In this document: positions 1-9,948 of the stretch, piece after piece
Position numbering within the stretch: the stretch's first letter is position 1
Layout of the letters: each line of letters starts with the position of its first letter
Assembly (NCBI GenBank): GCA_964397465.1
Contig: CAYNIC010000001.1
Span: 381,391-445,390 of the forward strand
DNA length: 64,000 nt
Reading direction: 5' to 3'
Source: an uncultured Rhodospirillales bacterium
GTDB lineage: Bacteria > Pseudomonadota > Alphaproteobacteria > JAWKYA01
Translations under genes and position numbers: made by a program
The notes under the pieces: model-generated
The model's input: the letters and a program-made list of their open reading frames with translations, nothing else
What the model was told of the DNA's origin: nothing
Databases searched by the model: none

Positions 1-116
1 AGCGTATTTTCAATTTCCGCATCGCGAATAAGGGATATTTTTGACTGAGCGCTGGCAGGGAGGGGCAACAGTGCGGTAAGACTGAGCCCTAGCGCGAGCA
101 ATCTTGGTTTAAACAA
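1..116 (-). CDS. N-terminal fragment of a secreted peptidase, possibly M48/BepA-like; the gene runs off the left edge
   Basis: The minus-strand reading from TTG at 116..114 gives LFKPRLLALGLSLTALLPLPASAQSKISLIRDAEIENT, which is a signal peptide followed by an IRDAEIE motif. I recall that motif from the N-termini of alphaproteobacterial M48 peptidases. GAGGG lies 5 nt upstream. The family call rests on memory only. Confidence 0.35.
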   Translation of the reverse strand, partial: MFKPRLLALGLSLTALLPLPASAQSKISLIRDAEIENT

Positions 117-205
117 AGGCAACCCTCGTTGTATCGATCTTTACCCTATCATAGCCTTCTGGTTAAGTTATGCACGCATCCTATTAAGGCGGGATTGGGG
201 CAGTT

Positions 206-1357
206 ATGGTCTTAAAGGTTTCTACCCGGGGCCGGGTGGCTCCTTTCCAAGTTATGGAGGTCATGCGGGCGGCAAATGCCCGGGCGGCAGCCGGCCAGCA
301 CATTCTGCATCTTGAAATTGGCCAGCCGGGCGGCGCTGCGCCAGCTCCGGTTCTTGAGGCCGCAAAATCCGCCCTGTTGACCGATAAGCTTGGCTATACC
401 GAAGCCCTAGGGTTACCCGCCTTGCGTCAAAAAATTGTGAAGTTTTATGCCGACCGCTACGGACTTGCGCTGCCGACCGAGCGGATCGCCGTCGTCACAG
501 GATCGTCGGCCGGTTTTGTCTTGGCCTTCTTGGCCGCCTTTGAGGCGGGAGAGCGAATCGCTCTCGCGGCGCCGGGCTATCCCGCTTATCGCAATATTCT
601 CGCCTCCTTAGGTTTGCAGGCGGTCGAAGTTCTCAGCGGACCCGAACAGCGGTTTCAACCCACACCTGAACTTCTTGACCAAGTTTCCGGGTCTCTCGAT
701 GGACTGATTCTCGCCAGTCCCTCCAATCCTGCCGGAACGGTGGTTGGCGCGACTGAAATGAAAGCCTTGGTGAATTATTGCCGATCACGCGGCATCCGAC
801 TTATCTCCGATGAAATCTACCATGGCATTGTTTACGAGAACCGCCGGGCGGTTACCGCCCTCGCCTATTCCGATGATGCCATCGTCATTAACAGCTTCTC
901 TAAATATTTCTGCATGACCGGCTGGCGATTAGGGTGGCTGGTCGTGCCGGAGAATTTAATTCGTCCGTTGGAATGCATCGCGCAAAATCTTTATATCTCT
1001 GCACCTGCCATTGCGCAAAAAGCCGCTCTTGCCGCGTTCGATTGCATTGATGAACTGGAAGCCAACGTTGCCCGCTATGCGGCGAATCGCGATCTCCTGT
1101 TACGCAACCTGCCGCGCGCCGGATTTGATCGCCTGGCGCCGGCAGACGGCGCCTTTTATCTTTACGCCGATGTGAGTCACTTGACCAATGACAGCGTCGC
1201 CTTCTGCGGTCAGATCCTCGATCAATTGGGAATCGCCCTGACGCCTGGAACCGATTTTGATACCGCCCGCGGCCACGGTACCTTGCGATTTTCCTATGCG
1301 GGCGACCCAGGGGAAATCGCCGAAGCCGCAAAGCGGCTAACCAACTGGCGTCGTTAA
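206..1357 (+). CDS. PLP-dependent aminotransferase, class I/II (aspartate/aromatic aminotransferase-like)
   Basis: 383-aa ORF. It has the SFSKYFCMTGWRLGW motif (PLP lysine, SxSK), a GYPAYRNIL-type motif and SPSNPAG. Confidence 0.9.
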   Translation: MVLKVSTRGRVAPFQVMEVMRAANARAAAGQHILHLEIGQPGGAAPAPVLEAAKSALLTDKLGYTEALGLPALRQKIVKFYADRYGLALPTERIAVVTGSSAGFVLAFLAAFEAGERIALAAPGYPAYRNILASLGLQAVEVLSGPEQRFQPTPELLDQVSGSLDGLILASPSNPAGTVVGATEMKALVNYCRSRGIRLISDEIYHGIVYENRRAVTALAYSDDAIVINSFSKYFCMTGWRLGWLVVPENLIRPLECIAQNLYISAPAIAQKAALAAFDCIDELEANVARYAANRDLLLRNLPRAGFDRLAPADGAFYLYADVSHLTNDSVAFCGQILDQLGIALTPGTDFDTARGHGTLRFSYAGDPGEIAEAAKRLTNWRR

Positions 1358-2247
1358 CGGCGTAACGCTACGATCATCCAGTCGCCTAAGCGCAGGCGCG
1401 CGACGCGGCGCAAACCGAAAACCTCATGGCGGGATAAAACTTGGCGCTCTTGATGAAAGAGAAACCCGGATAGAACGGCTATGCCATTCTTCGCCAAAAC
1501 CTGGGTGAGACTTTCCGCCATCGCCACTAGAGGCGGCGCCAAGATATTCGCAATTATCAGATCATAAGGCGCCCCCGTTCCGACCGATGACGCACGATAT
1601 CCCTGCCCCGCCACAGCCTGAAACAGCGGCGCCAAGTGATTGATCTTGGCATTATTATTGGCAACCCGCACCGACTCCGGATCAAGATCCACGCCTAAGA
1701 CCCGCGCGTGATGCGGCCATAGATGGGCGGCGGCAAAGCCTAAAATTCCCGTACCGCATCCCATATCCAAACTGCGCCGAACATGCCGGTATTTTTTGGC
1801 CAAACTTTCCAGCATCAACAGACAGCCCCGCGTTGTTTCATGGGATCCCGTGCCGAAGGCCGTTGCCGCATCTATGGTCAGGACGATCGCGCCGGCAGGC
1901 GGAGCTTCTTCGGAATGACTGGGACGAATGAAAAATCTTTTGGTTCGGATGGGGACAAAGCTTTTGCGGTTTTCCGCCAGCCAATCGATATCCGGCAAGG
2001 CTTCGATCTGGGGCAAGGGAATTTTCACACCGATGACTGATTCCACTTCGGCAAGCGATGCCGCCAAGGCATCAGGGTCCGGAGGGGTTACCGCAATGGC
2101 TTCGATAATCCAATCGCCACCCGGCTGAAGTTCGAACGCAGAGACCGCCACGCAATAGCTCTCCAAAGCCGTCGTCACCGGCGTTGCCGCCGGTTCCGGC
2201 ACCGTCAGGACAAGACGAACATGTTCAGGAAGAGGAGACAAGCTCAT
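1354..2247 (-). CDS. prmA: ribosomal protein L11 methyltransferase
   Basis: 297 aa. It has FGTGSHETTRGCL and the SAM motif DMGCGTGILG, with typical PrmA architecture. Its ATG overlaps the stop of the upstream helicase gene (ATGA). Confidence 0.9.
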   Translation of the reverse strand: MSLSPLPEHVRLVLTVPEPAATPVTTALESYCVAVSAFELQPGGDWIIEAIAVTPPDPDALAASLAEVESVIGVKIPLPQIEALPDIDWLAENRKSFVPIRTKRFFIRPSHSEEAPPAGAIVLTIDAATAFGTGSHETTRGCLLMLESLAKKYRHVRRSLDMGCGTGILGFAAAHLWPHHARVLGVDLDPESVRVANNNAKINHLAPLFQAVAGQGYRASSVGTGAPYDLIIANILAPPLVAMAESLTQVLAKNGIAVLSGFLFHQERQVLSRHEVFGLRRVARLRLGDWMIVALRR

Positions 2248-4475
2248 GCTTTTCGAACAAATCCCGCGATAACGGTCTTTTCTCCCGCCGAGTCAAAATC
2301 GATAGTCAGACGATCCGTATCCATCGTTAAGACCGTTCCCATGCCAAACTTCATATGAAAAACCCGGTCGCCGGTGGAAATCTCCTCATAGGTCTCATCC
2401 GGATCAAAACCAGGAGAGAAACTTGATGTCACTTGCGCCCGTTGCCAACCGGCGCGCATTTCCCGCAATCCGGACGACAAGCGGTTACCGCCGGCCGCCA
2501 GGCCTGCCGATCCATTGCGCTCGATATCCTCTTCGGGAAGTTCATCCAAGAAGCGCGACGGGATGCAGCTTTGCCAAGTCCCGTAGATCCGGCGGTTGGC
2601 GACCGATAAAATCGTCAGCTGCCGGCGGGCGCGGGTAATTCCTACATAGGCCAAACGCCGTTCTTCCTCCAAACCTGCCGCACCATTTTCATCCAAGCTT
2701 CGCGGATTAGGAAAAACACCTTCTTCCCATCCGGGCAAAAACACGGTGCCAAATTCCAACCCCTTAGCGCCATGGAGCGTCATGATGCTGACCCGTTCGC
2801 CCTCGGTGGAGCTGTCATTTTCCATGACCAGGGCCACGTGCTCCAAAAAGCCATTCAGGTTCTCGAATTCCGCCAGGGCGGCGACAAGCTCTTTTAAATT
2901 CTCCAATCGGCCCGGCGCCTCGGGCGAGCGATCCGCCTGCCACATGGCGGTATAGCCACTTTCGTCCAGAACCATTCCCGCCAATTCGACGTGAGAAATA
3001 TCCTGGCTTAAATTCCGCCAGCGTTCAAAGTCGGCAACCAGCGCCGCCAAGGATCGACGCGCCGCGGGCTTTAACTCGTCGGTTTGACAGATCTGCACCG
3101 CCGCCGCCATCAAGGAACATCCCTTAGCACGGCCAAGGGCGTGAAGAACCTGCACCGTCGCCGAACCAATGCCGCGCCGCGGAAGATTTACGATGCGCTC
3201 AAAGGCAAGATCGTCATCGGGTTGCGCCACCACTCTGAGATAAGCCAAGGCATCACGGATTTCTTGTCGCTCATAGAATCGTGGACCGCCAATCACGCGA
3301 TACGGCAAGCCCAAGGTCATAAACCGCTCTTCAAATTCGCGGGTTTGCCAACCGGCCCGCACCAGGACCGCCATATCGCCCAAAGAGTTTCCTCGCCGCT
3401 GCAAGGTCTCGATTGTTTCGCCCACCAGGCGCGCTTCCTCTTCGCCATCCCAGAGAGCGACGACCTGCACCTTCTCGCCCGGCTCGTCCGCACTCCATAA
3501 GGTTTTGCCCAAGCGATCTTCGTTATGATCAATAAGGCCTGCGGCGGCGCCCAGGATATGTCCGGTCGATCGGTAGTTTTGCTCGAGGCGAATGACGGTC
3601 GCGCCGGGGAAATCCCGCTCGAACCGTAGAATATTTCCGACCTCGGCTCCGCGCCAGCCGTAGATCGATTGATCGTCGTCGCCAACGCAACAAATATTGG
3701 ATGTCTTTCCGTCGACGCTTTGCGCCAAGAGCCGCAACCATAAATACTGCGCCACATTGGTATCTTGGTATTCGTCGACCAGGAGATAGCGGAACCGCTG
3801 TTGGTATTCCGCCAAGATATCGGCATGCTTTTGAAAGAGCTTTATGCACGATAACAATAGATCGCCGAAATCCACCGCATTCAAAATGCGAAGACGATTC
3901 TGATATTGCGCATAAAGGTCGGCAGCCTTACCGCCGGCAAAATCGCCGGCATCGGCGGCGCTGATATTTTCCGGGCCAAGACCCCGATCTTTCCAACGCT
4001 GAATGATGGTGGCTAAGACTCGGGCCGGCCATTTCTTATCGTCAATCCCCTCAACTTCCATCAATTGTTTCAAGAGGCGAACTTGGTCATCCGTATCGAG
4101 GATGGAAAAACCCGGCTTGAGGCCCGCCAATTCGGCATGACGCCGCAACATTCTGACCCCAAGGGCATGGAAGGTTCCCAGCCACCAGTTCTCGACCGGG
4201 CGGCCCATCAGGGCGGCTACCCGGTTGGTCATTTCCCGGGCCGCTTTATTCGTGAAGGTCACGGCCAAGATTTCCCCCGGTCGAGCACGGCCGGTGCGCA
4301 AGAGATAGGCGAGTCGGGCCGTTAGAGTCCGTGTTTTGCCCGTACCAGCGCCGGCCAGAACCAAGACCGGACCTTCCGTCGCCTCAACCGCAGCCCGCTG
4401 AGCCGGATTAAGGCTGGTCAGCCAATCGGGTTCGGCGGTTAAGGGAATCGGATGCGCGGCAGCAGGTAGCTTCAT
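2244..4475 (-). CDS. ATP-dependent DNA helicase, UvrD/PcrA/Rep superfamily 1
   Basis: 743 aa. It has Walker A AGAGTGKTRTLT, the DEYQDT motif, LEQNYRS, TLHGAKGLEF and VGITRAR. Confidence 0.9.
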   Translation of the reverse strand: MKLPAAAHPIPLTAEPDWLTSLNPAQRAAVEATEGPVLVLAGAGTGKTRTLTARLAYLLRTGRARPGEILAVTFTNKAAREMTNRVAALMGRPVENWWLGTFHALGVRMLRRHAELAGLKPGFSILDTDDQVRLLKQLMEVEGIDDKKWPARVLATIIQRWKDRGLGPENISAADAGDFAGGKAADLYAQYQNRLRILNAVDFGDLLLSCIKLFQKHADILAEYQQRFRYLLVDEYQDTNVAQYLWLRLLAQSVDGKTSNICCVGDDDQSIYGWRGAEVGNILRFERDFPGATVIRLEQNYRSTGHILGAAAGLIDHNEDRLGKTLWSADEPGEKVQVVALWDGEEEARLVGETIETLQRRGNSLGDMAVLVRAGWQTREFEERFMTLGLPYRVIGGPRFYERQEIRDALAYLRVVAQPDDDLAFERIVNLPRRGIGSATVQVLHALGRAKGCSLMAAAVQICQTDELKPAARRSLAALVADFERWRNLSQDISHVELAGMVLDESGYTAMWQADRSPEAPGRLENLKELVAALAEFENLNGFLEHVALVMENDSSTEGERVSIMTLHGAKGLEFGTVFLPGWEEGVFPNPRSLDENGAAGLEEERRLAYVGITRARRQLTILSVANRRIYGTWQSCIPSRFLDELPEEDIERNGSAGLAAGGNRLSSGLREMRAGWQRAQVTSSFSPGFDPDETYEEISTGDRVFHMKFGMGTVLTMDTDRLTIDFDSAGEKTVIAGFVRKA

Positions 4476-4600
4476 GAGGTCTTCTATGGCTAAAGGTCAG
4501 AATTGGAGTATAGCATGCTTGGGTACATGCCGAGCCTTCTCTTGCAGGAGATAAGGTTTAGATCTGACATAATAAGGAAATCGTCTAGGATAAAGCCCCC

Positions 4601-5740
4601 ATGACCAAATCCGTTCATTTTATTAATTTACCTGACGCGGCACCGGGGACTCACCGGACTATCACTGTGCATAAGTACGGCAGGGTAGGTGCGCGGCCGA
4701 AAGTTTATATCCAAGCCGGCATTCACGCCGATGAATACCCCGGAATGCTGGTGGCCCATCACTTGGTACGGCTTTTGGACATGGCCGCGGCCCGGGACGC
4801 CATTCGCGGCGAGATCATCTTGGTTCCCGCCGCCAATCCCATCGGCTTGGCGCAGTTTGCAAACGATCGTCACAGCGGCCGCTTCGACATGAGCGGGACC
4901 GGAAACTTCAACCGTAATTGGCCCCACCTGGGCGCCCAGATTGCGGAAACGGTCGCACCTCTGCTTGGCGATGACGCCGCCGCAAATGTCGCAGTCATCC
5001 GTTCCGCCCTCTTAGGCGCGGCTTTAGGGTTAAAGCCCAAGAACGATGCCGAAACGCTTAAGTTTTCTTTATTCAGGCTTAGCGTCGATGCCGACATCGT
5101 CCTGGATATGCACTGCGATACCCGGGCTTTGTTTCATATGTATACCACGCCGGCGGCCTGGCCAGGCCTGACCGACCTTGCGGCTGAACTCGGCGCGCGT
5201 GCGATATTGCTGGCGCAGTCATCCGGCGGCGAAGCTTTTGACGAAGCCCATAGCACGCCTTGGGCCGAACTGGCCGCACAATTTCCCAAGCACCCGATCC
5301 CCCAAGCCTGCCTGGCCACCACCTTGGAATTTCGCGGCCGCGCCGATGTCAGTGATGACCTGGCCGGCAGCGATGCGGAAAAGATCGTTCATTTTCTCAT
5401 GCGACGCGGCATTGTGATGGGAACACCCGGCCGGCTGCCCGATACGGTCGCCGAGGCGACGGAACTTACCGCCTTAGATAGCGTCTTAGCCCCATCCACG
5501 GGACTGGTCACCTTTAAGGTTGGCTTGGGTGATCAGGTGAAAGCTGGCGACGTCATTGCCGAGATCATTGACCCCGCTAATCCTGATCCTGCCCAAGCGC
5601 GAACAGCTGTAACCACCCGCGCCACCGGCCTTGTCCTAACCATGCGCGACGATCCCTATCTTCGCATGGGCGATATTATCGCCTATGTGGTCGGGAAAGC
5701 GCCCTTGCCGCGACGCTCCGCTTCGCTTTTAAATGATTAG
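4601..5740 (+). CDS. succinylglutamate desuccinylase/aspartoacylase-family (M14-like) zinc hydrolase
   Basis: 379 aa. It has GIHADEYPG, a zinc-binding HxxE-type motif typical of the AstE/AspA family, and its length fits the family. Confidence 0.7.
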   Translation: MTKSVHFINLPDAAPGTHRTITVHKYGRVGARPKVYIQAGIHADEYPGMLVAHHLVRLLDMAAARDAIRGEIILVPAANPIGLAQFANDRHSGRFDMSGTGNFNRNWPHLGAQIAETVAPLLGDDAAANVAVIRSALLGAALGLKPKNDAETLKFSLFRLSVDADIVLDMHCDTRALFHMYTTPAAWPGLTDLAAELGARAILLAQSSGGEAFDEAHSTPWAELAAQFPKHPIPQACLATTLEFRGRADVSDDLAGSDAEKIVHFLMRRGIVMGTPGRLPDTVAEATELTALDSVLAPSTGLVTFKVGLGDQVKAGDVIAEIIDPANPDPAQARTAVTTRATGLVLTMRDDPYLRMGDIIAYVVGKAPLPRRSASLLND

Positions 5741-5859
5741 ATTGCGCCCCTGATCGGCGTTGCGAAAACTGCATAGGGGGATGGCGAAAAAGACCGAAGC
5801 TTCCGCTTGGGTGAAAGAAACCCTCAGGTTAGGGTGACTTCTTCAACAGATCGGTTGTT

Positions 5860-6765
5860 ATGGCGCCCTCCTCCTCTGCTGGTTTAATCCCGCGTGACGT
5901 TCCGCAAAATGCTGGGCTTGGTATTTTACTGGCACTTGGCGCTGGCATTTTATTCGTCAGCCTCGACGCCGGCGCCAAATATTTATCGCAAACCCTTCCT
6001 GTCACCGAGATCGTCTGGGCGCGGTACAGTTTTCATCTGCTGCTGATGCTTATTGCCGTGCCGCGGCTTGGCTGGCGCGGTGTCGTTGCCACACAGAAAC
6101 CATGGCTGCAAATCGTTCGCGGACTATGCCTACTGGTCTGCACAAGTTTATTTTTTATCGCTATCATTCATATTCCTCTGCCGACGGCGACAGCGATCGG
6201 TTTCGCTACGCCGTTTTTTGTTGCCGCCTTGTCCGTACCGATCTTGAAAGAACAGGTGGGCTGGCGGCGATGGAGTGCGATTCTGGTCGGATTTTTGGGG
6301 GTGCTGGTTATTCTTCAACCCTGGGACGGACCGGTTGATCCTGCCGCTTTGCTGGTGGTGGGTTTCGCCATGGTTTATGCCGTGTATCAAATTCTGACGC
6401 GGCTGGTTCGTCATTACGACAGCCCGGTTGTTTCGTTGTTTCACACCGCCTTTGTCGGCTCCCTGTGCACCAGCGTTATCGTTCCTTTTTATTGGGTTCA
6501 ACCGCTACCGTGGCAATGGGCGATGCTGGTGGGGCTCGGGCTCTGCGGCGGCGCCGGACATCTCTTGTTTATTCGCGCGCTCTCTTTGGCCCCGGCAAGC
6601 TTGGTGGCGCCTTTTGCCTATCTCAATCTTCTGTGGTCGATATTATATGGATTATTTTTGTGGGGTCATATTCCCGACAGCTACACCTTCATAGGCGCCG
6701 CCTTGATTGTTACCAGTGGCCTTTATGTTTTCCATCGCGAAGCCAGGCGCAAGGCCGCATCATAG
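5860..6765 (+). CDS. DMT-superfamily (EamA-like) transporter
   Basis: 301 aa with about 10 hydrophobic helices and a duplicated EamA-type organisation. Confidence 0.85.
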   Translation: MAPSSSAGLIPRDVPQNAGLGILLALGAGILFVSLDAGAKYLSQTLPVTEIVWARYSFHLLLMLIAVPRLGWRGVVATQKPWLQIVRGLCLLVCTSLFFIAIIHIPLPTATAIGFATPFFVAALSVPILKEQVGWRRWSAILVGFLGVLVILQPWDGPVDPAALLVVGFAMVYAVYQILTRLVRHYDSPVVSLFHTAFVGSLCTSVIVPFYWVQPLPWQWAMLVGLGLCGGAGHLLFIRALSLAPASLVAPFAYLNLLWSILYGLFLWGHIPDSYTFIGAALIVTSGLYVFHREARRKAAS

Positions 6766-6842
6766 TTTCCGATACACTTCTGCAGTCAATTGGTACTTTG
6801 GGGACGGACGCTAAAGCCCGCTCCGGCCGTATTTCCCCCTAT

Positions 6843-6870
6843 CTTGAAATAAGCTTGGCCAAACCTATAT
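6843..6870 (+). promoter_or_regulatory. candidate RpoH (sigma-32)-type heat-shock promoter
   Basis: CTTG (6843-6846), a 17-nt spacer, then CCTATAT (6864-6870). This is an exact fit to the alphaproteobacterial sigma-32 consensus CTTG-N17-CYTATNT. It lies about 195 nt upstream of the DUF1150 gene. Confidence 0.35.
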
Positions 6871-7064
6871 ATGACATAAAGACAGGGCTTTATCTTATAT
6901 TAACTTTGGTTCGCGGACCTCACAAAAAAATGAAATACATTTCTCTTGCAACACCTTAGGCGATCCCAACGTTATCTATGTGTCATCGCCGATTTCGCTT
7001 GAGAGATGACAAAGCCAACTGCCTATCAAGCTAGGCTTTGGTTCAGGTATGAAGGAGAAAACTG

Positions 7065-7280
7065 ATGATGACCATTGCACAACTACGAAGCATTAATCCT
7101 AAAGACTTTGCCGCCTTAGGGATGCCGGGTTTGGCGTATGTTCGTCATATCGTTGCCGATGGCGCAGCTTTATGGACTATTCACGCTGCGGACGGCACGC
7201 AGTTGGGGATCGCACCGACACGGGAGTTAGCTGTGGCGGCAATCAAGCAAAACGAATTGCAGCCCATTAGCGTTCACTAG
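7065..7280 (+). CDS. DUF1150-family small protein
   Basis: 71 aa. The pattern LAYVRHI...IHAADGTQLG...RELAVAAIKQNELQPISVH matches my recollection of the DUF1150 family, which is usually linked to hsp20 in alphaproteobacteria. GGAG lies 7 nt upstream of the ATG. Confidence 0.6.
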   Translation: MMTIAQLRSINPKDFAALGMPGLAYVRHIVADGAALWTIHAADGTQLGIAPTRELAVAAIKQNELQPISVH

Positions 7281-7295
7281 GCTTTAATCTTCAGA

Positions 7296-7760
7296 TTAGG
7301 CGGCGTTGCTTGCCGGCGGCTCGGTCAAAAGAGCATATATCGCGTCACGATTATCCGAGCCTCTTAGTTTATCGCAGATGCTTTTATCCCGCAGTAACCG
7401 GGAGATCCGCGCCAAAGCTTTCAAGTGATCGGCCCCTGCGCTTTCCGGTGCCAGCAGCAAAAACACCAGGTCTACCGGCTGATCATCCACAGCTTCAAAA
7501 TCGATCGGTTTTTCCAATCTGGCAAACAGACCATAAAGTCGATCGATCTCGCTGAACCGGGCATGCGGAATGGCAATGCCGTTGCCGATCCCTGTCGTTC
7601 CCAGCCGCTCCCGCTCCAGCAAAGCTTCGAACACCGTTCGTTCGTGCATGCCGCTTAATTCAGCGGCACGCCGCGCCATATCCTGCAAAGCTTGTTTCTT
7701 GCTAGTCGATTTGAGACTTGCAATGACGCGCTCCGGCTGTAACAGATCGTCGATATTCAT
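7296..7760 (-). CDS. ptsN: PTS IIA-like nitrogen regulatory protein (EIIA-Ntr)
   Basis: 154 aa. It has the GIGNGIAIPHARF phosphorylatable-His motif and sits after rpoN-hpf. Confidence 0.85.
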   Translation of the reverse strand: MNIDDLLQPERVIASLKSTSKKQALQDMARRAAELSGMHERTVFEALLERERLGTTGIGNGIAIPHARFSEIDRLYGLFARLEKPIDFEAVDDQPVDLVFLLLAPESAGADHLKALARISRLLRDKSICDKLRGSDNRDAIYALLTEPPASNAA

Positions 7761-7829
7761 GATGTCAGCATCTCCTGATCTGCATAACCCTATATCCCGC
7801 CTAGTGGGATATTTTTGTACCTTCCGTCT

Positions 7830-8438
7830 TTAATGAGCCGTTTTTCCGGAAGTCTTTTTTCCCTCGGTCGGATCAATCCATCCGATGTGGCCATCTTCGC
7901 GGCGATAAACAAGATTGATCTCGCCATGCCCGCGATTGCGGAATAGCAGAACCGGCAAATCGCCAAGATCAAGCCGCATGACCGCTTCGCCGACCGTCAA
8001 GGTGGAAATCTCCGTCGCCATCTCGGCAACAATAACCGGATTGTCCGGCCCCTCTTCGGCATGATTGCCCGCATCGGCATCACTCTCGGCCGCCAAGATA
8101 TAAAGCTGAGCCGCCGACTGCTGGCCCTCTTCGCGGTCACGGTTGTGGTGGTCCGTTAAACGCCGTTTGTAGCGCCGCAGCCTTTTGGCAATTTTATCAA
8201 GGGCGCCATCAAACGCCGGATAGGCATCTCCTGCCGTATGATGCGCCTGCAAGCTTACCCCGCGTAAAACGTGCAGGGTGATATCCGCGCGAATAAAGGC
8301 GGCCTCACGAGAAAAAGTGACCTGACCTTCGATCGCCCGCGGCAAATACTTAGCAACGGCCGCCTGTAGCTGATCTCCGACGTGGGTACGGAGAGCATCG
8401 CCAACATCGATCTGCTTACCTTTAATAGAAAGTTGCAT
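7830..8438 (-). CDS. hpf: ribosome hibernation promoting factor, long form
   Basis: 202 aa. The N-terminus MQLSIKGKQIDVGDALRTHV is S30AE-like and the C-terminus is a dimerisation domain. It lies immediately downstream of rpoN. Confidence 0.9.
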   Translation of the reverse strand: MQLSIKGKQIDVGDALRTHVGDQLQAAVAKYLPRAIEGQVTFSREAAFIRADITLHVLRGVSLQAHHTAGDAYPAFDGALDKIAKRLRRYKRRLTDHHNRDREEGQQSAAQLYILAAESDADAGNHAEEGPDNPVIVAEMATEISTLTVGEAVMRLDLGDLPVLLFRNRGHGEINLVYRREDGHIGWIDPTEGKKTSGKTAH

Positions 8439-8552
8439 TGAAAATCCAAAAGAATGACATCAGTTACAGGCCTAGATTAGTACAGTTAAGGCCGGCCCCC
8501 CATGCCCTTTTTCTTAATGAAGGGGGACCTTAGTAAGCCCTGGCCGCCCCTG

Positions 8553-9935
8553 TCAACCATACAGGGCTATTGACAAGGCCTTCTGCCGGCGCCGGAGGGT
8601 CGAGGACGGAATCTTCAAATAATCCCTATACTTAGCAACTGTTCGCCGGGCGATATCCACACCCTCAGCGCGCAGGACGGTGACAATCTTATCGTCAGAG
8701 AGGATCGCCCCCGGCGCCTCGGCATCAATTAAGACTTTGATCCGGTGCTGAATGACTTTGGCAGCAATCGTATCGGGCAACGATACGTCCTGAGGCTTGG
8801 TCGCCAGAAAGACCTTTGGGGAGAAAAAATACTTAAGTTCGTAAAGCCCGCGCGGCGTCGTCATGTACTTCTCGGCCGTCGCCCGACTTACCGTGCTTTC
8901 GTGAACACCGATCGCTTCCGCGATGTGACGTAAGCCCAAGGGTTTAAAATGGCTGATCCCAGAGGTAAAAAAGTCGGCTTGTTGACGCGCAATTTCATTC
9001 CCCACCCTAAGCAAGGTTTCGGCGCGCTGACGCAACGCCCGCGCCAACCAAGCCGCCTCCTGCCAACATCCCGCAACATATTTTTGATCCGCAGCGCGGC
9101 GCGCCTGAGCACGCAAGTAACGGTAAGCCCGTGCGTCGATCCGAAGTGAGGGATGGGCATCACTCACAAGATCAACCCTCCATCCGTCACTTCCGTCAGC
9201 CCGCAAACGAAGGTCCGGAATTATTTGCTGCACAGCCTCGGCGGCAAAGGAAAGTCCGGGTTTTGGGTTAAGCGACCGCAGCTCGTGAATCATGTCCAAG
9301 ATTTCATGCTGATCCACCTGACAAATTTTCTGCAGCAGCTCGACCTTACCCGCAGCGACAAGATCCAGATGATCCAACATCTTCACCATAAGCGGATCGA
9401 GGTGATTACGGTCGGCCAGTTGCAGCGATAAACACTCCTTGAGAGACCGGGCAAAAATGCCCGCGGGCTCCATTTGCTGCAAACGCCGAAGAACCGCCTC
9501 TATCTGACCCAGAGAGCAACCTAATCGTCCGGCAATTTCGTCCAAGTTACCTGTCATATAGCCTGCATCATCCAGGCTCTCTAAAAGCTGCAACGCAACG
9601 AGACGATCTTCTGCAACCCGAAAGTCCAGGGCAATTTGCCGCTGAATTTGTTCCCGTAACGAGAGGGTAGCCGCCCGTTGCTCAAGCCGCGCCTCATCTG
9701 CCGATTGCTGATTCACCTGAGCAAACTGTTTGGACGAGGCGGCTGCCGGGCAGAGTGCCGTTTTATCTGGCTCTTCCTCCGCGTCCTGCAGAAAAGGGTT
9801 TTGCTCAATGGCGTTGCGTAAGTAGTCGGCCAATTCCGACCGGGAAAATTGCAAGACCATAATGGACTGATGGCGTTGCGCGGTAAGAGAAGGAGTGAGA
9901 TGTTGCCGAAGATCAAGGCGCGGAGTTCTGATCAT
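8553..9935 (-). CDS. rpoN: RNA polymerase sigma-54 factor
   Basis: It has the RpoN box ARRTVAKYR and an HTH (STVSRA). I prefer the start at the second Met (MIRTPRLDLRQ), 14 nt after the lptB stop. The ORF track start at 9989 would overlap lptB. Confidence 0.95.
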   Translation of the reverse strand: MIRTPRLDLRQHLTPSLTAQRHQSIMVLQFSRSELADYLRNAIEQNPFLQDAEEEPDKTALCPAAASSKQFAQVNQQSADEARLEQRAATLSLREQIQRQIALDFRVAEDRLVALQLLESLDDAGYMTGNLDEIAGRLGCSLGQIEAVLRRLQQMEPAGIFARSLKECLSLQLADRNHLDPLMVKMLDHLDLVAAGKVELLQKICQVDQHEILDMIHELRSLNPKPGLSFAAEAVQQIIPDLRLRADGSDGWRVDLVSDAHPSLRIDARAYRYLRAQARRAADQKYVAGCWQEAAWLARALRQRAETLLRVGNEIARQQADFFTSGISHFKPLGLRHIAEAIGVHESTVSRATAEKYMTTPRGLYELKYFFSPKVFLATKPQDVSLPDTIAAKVIQHRIKVLIDAEAPGAILSDDKIVTVLRAEGVDIARRTVAKYRDYLKIPSSTLRRRQKALSIALYG

Positions 9936-9948
9936 CGGCTCGCCTCCC

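Noticed and set aside
7792-7817. A hairpin, ATATCCC-gcctagt-GGGATAT, followed by TTTTTG on the plus strand between hpf and ptsN.
   Set aside because: It looks like a terminator only on the plus strand, where no gene ends. On the coding (minus) strand it lacks a U-tract. It is probably just an intercistronic stem, so I did not call it as a feature.
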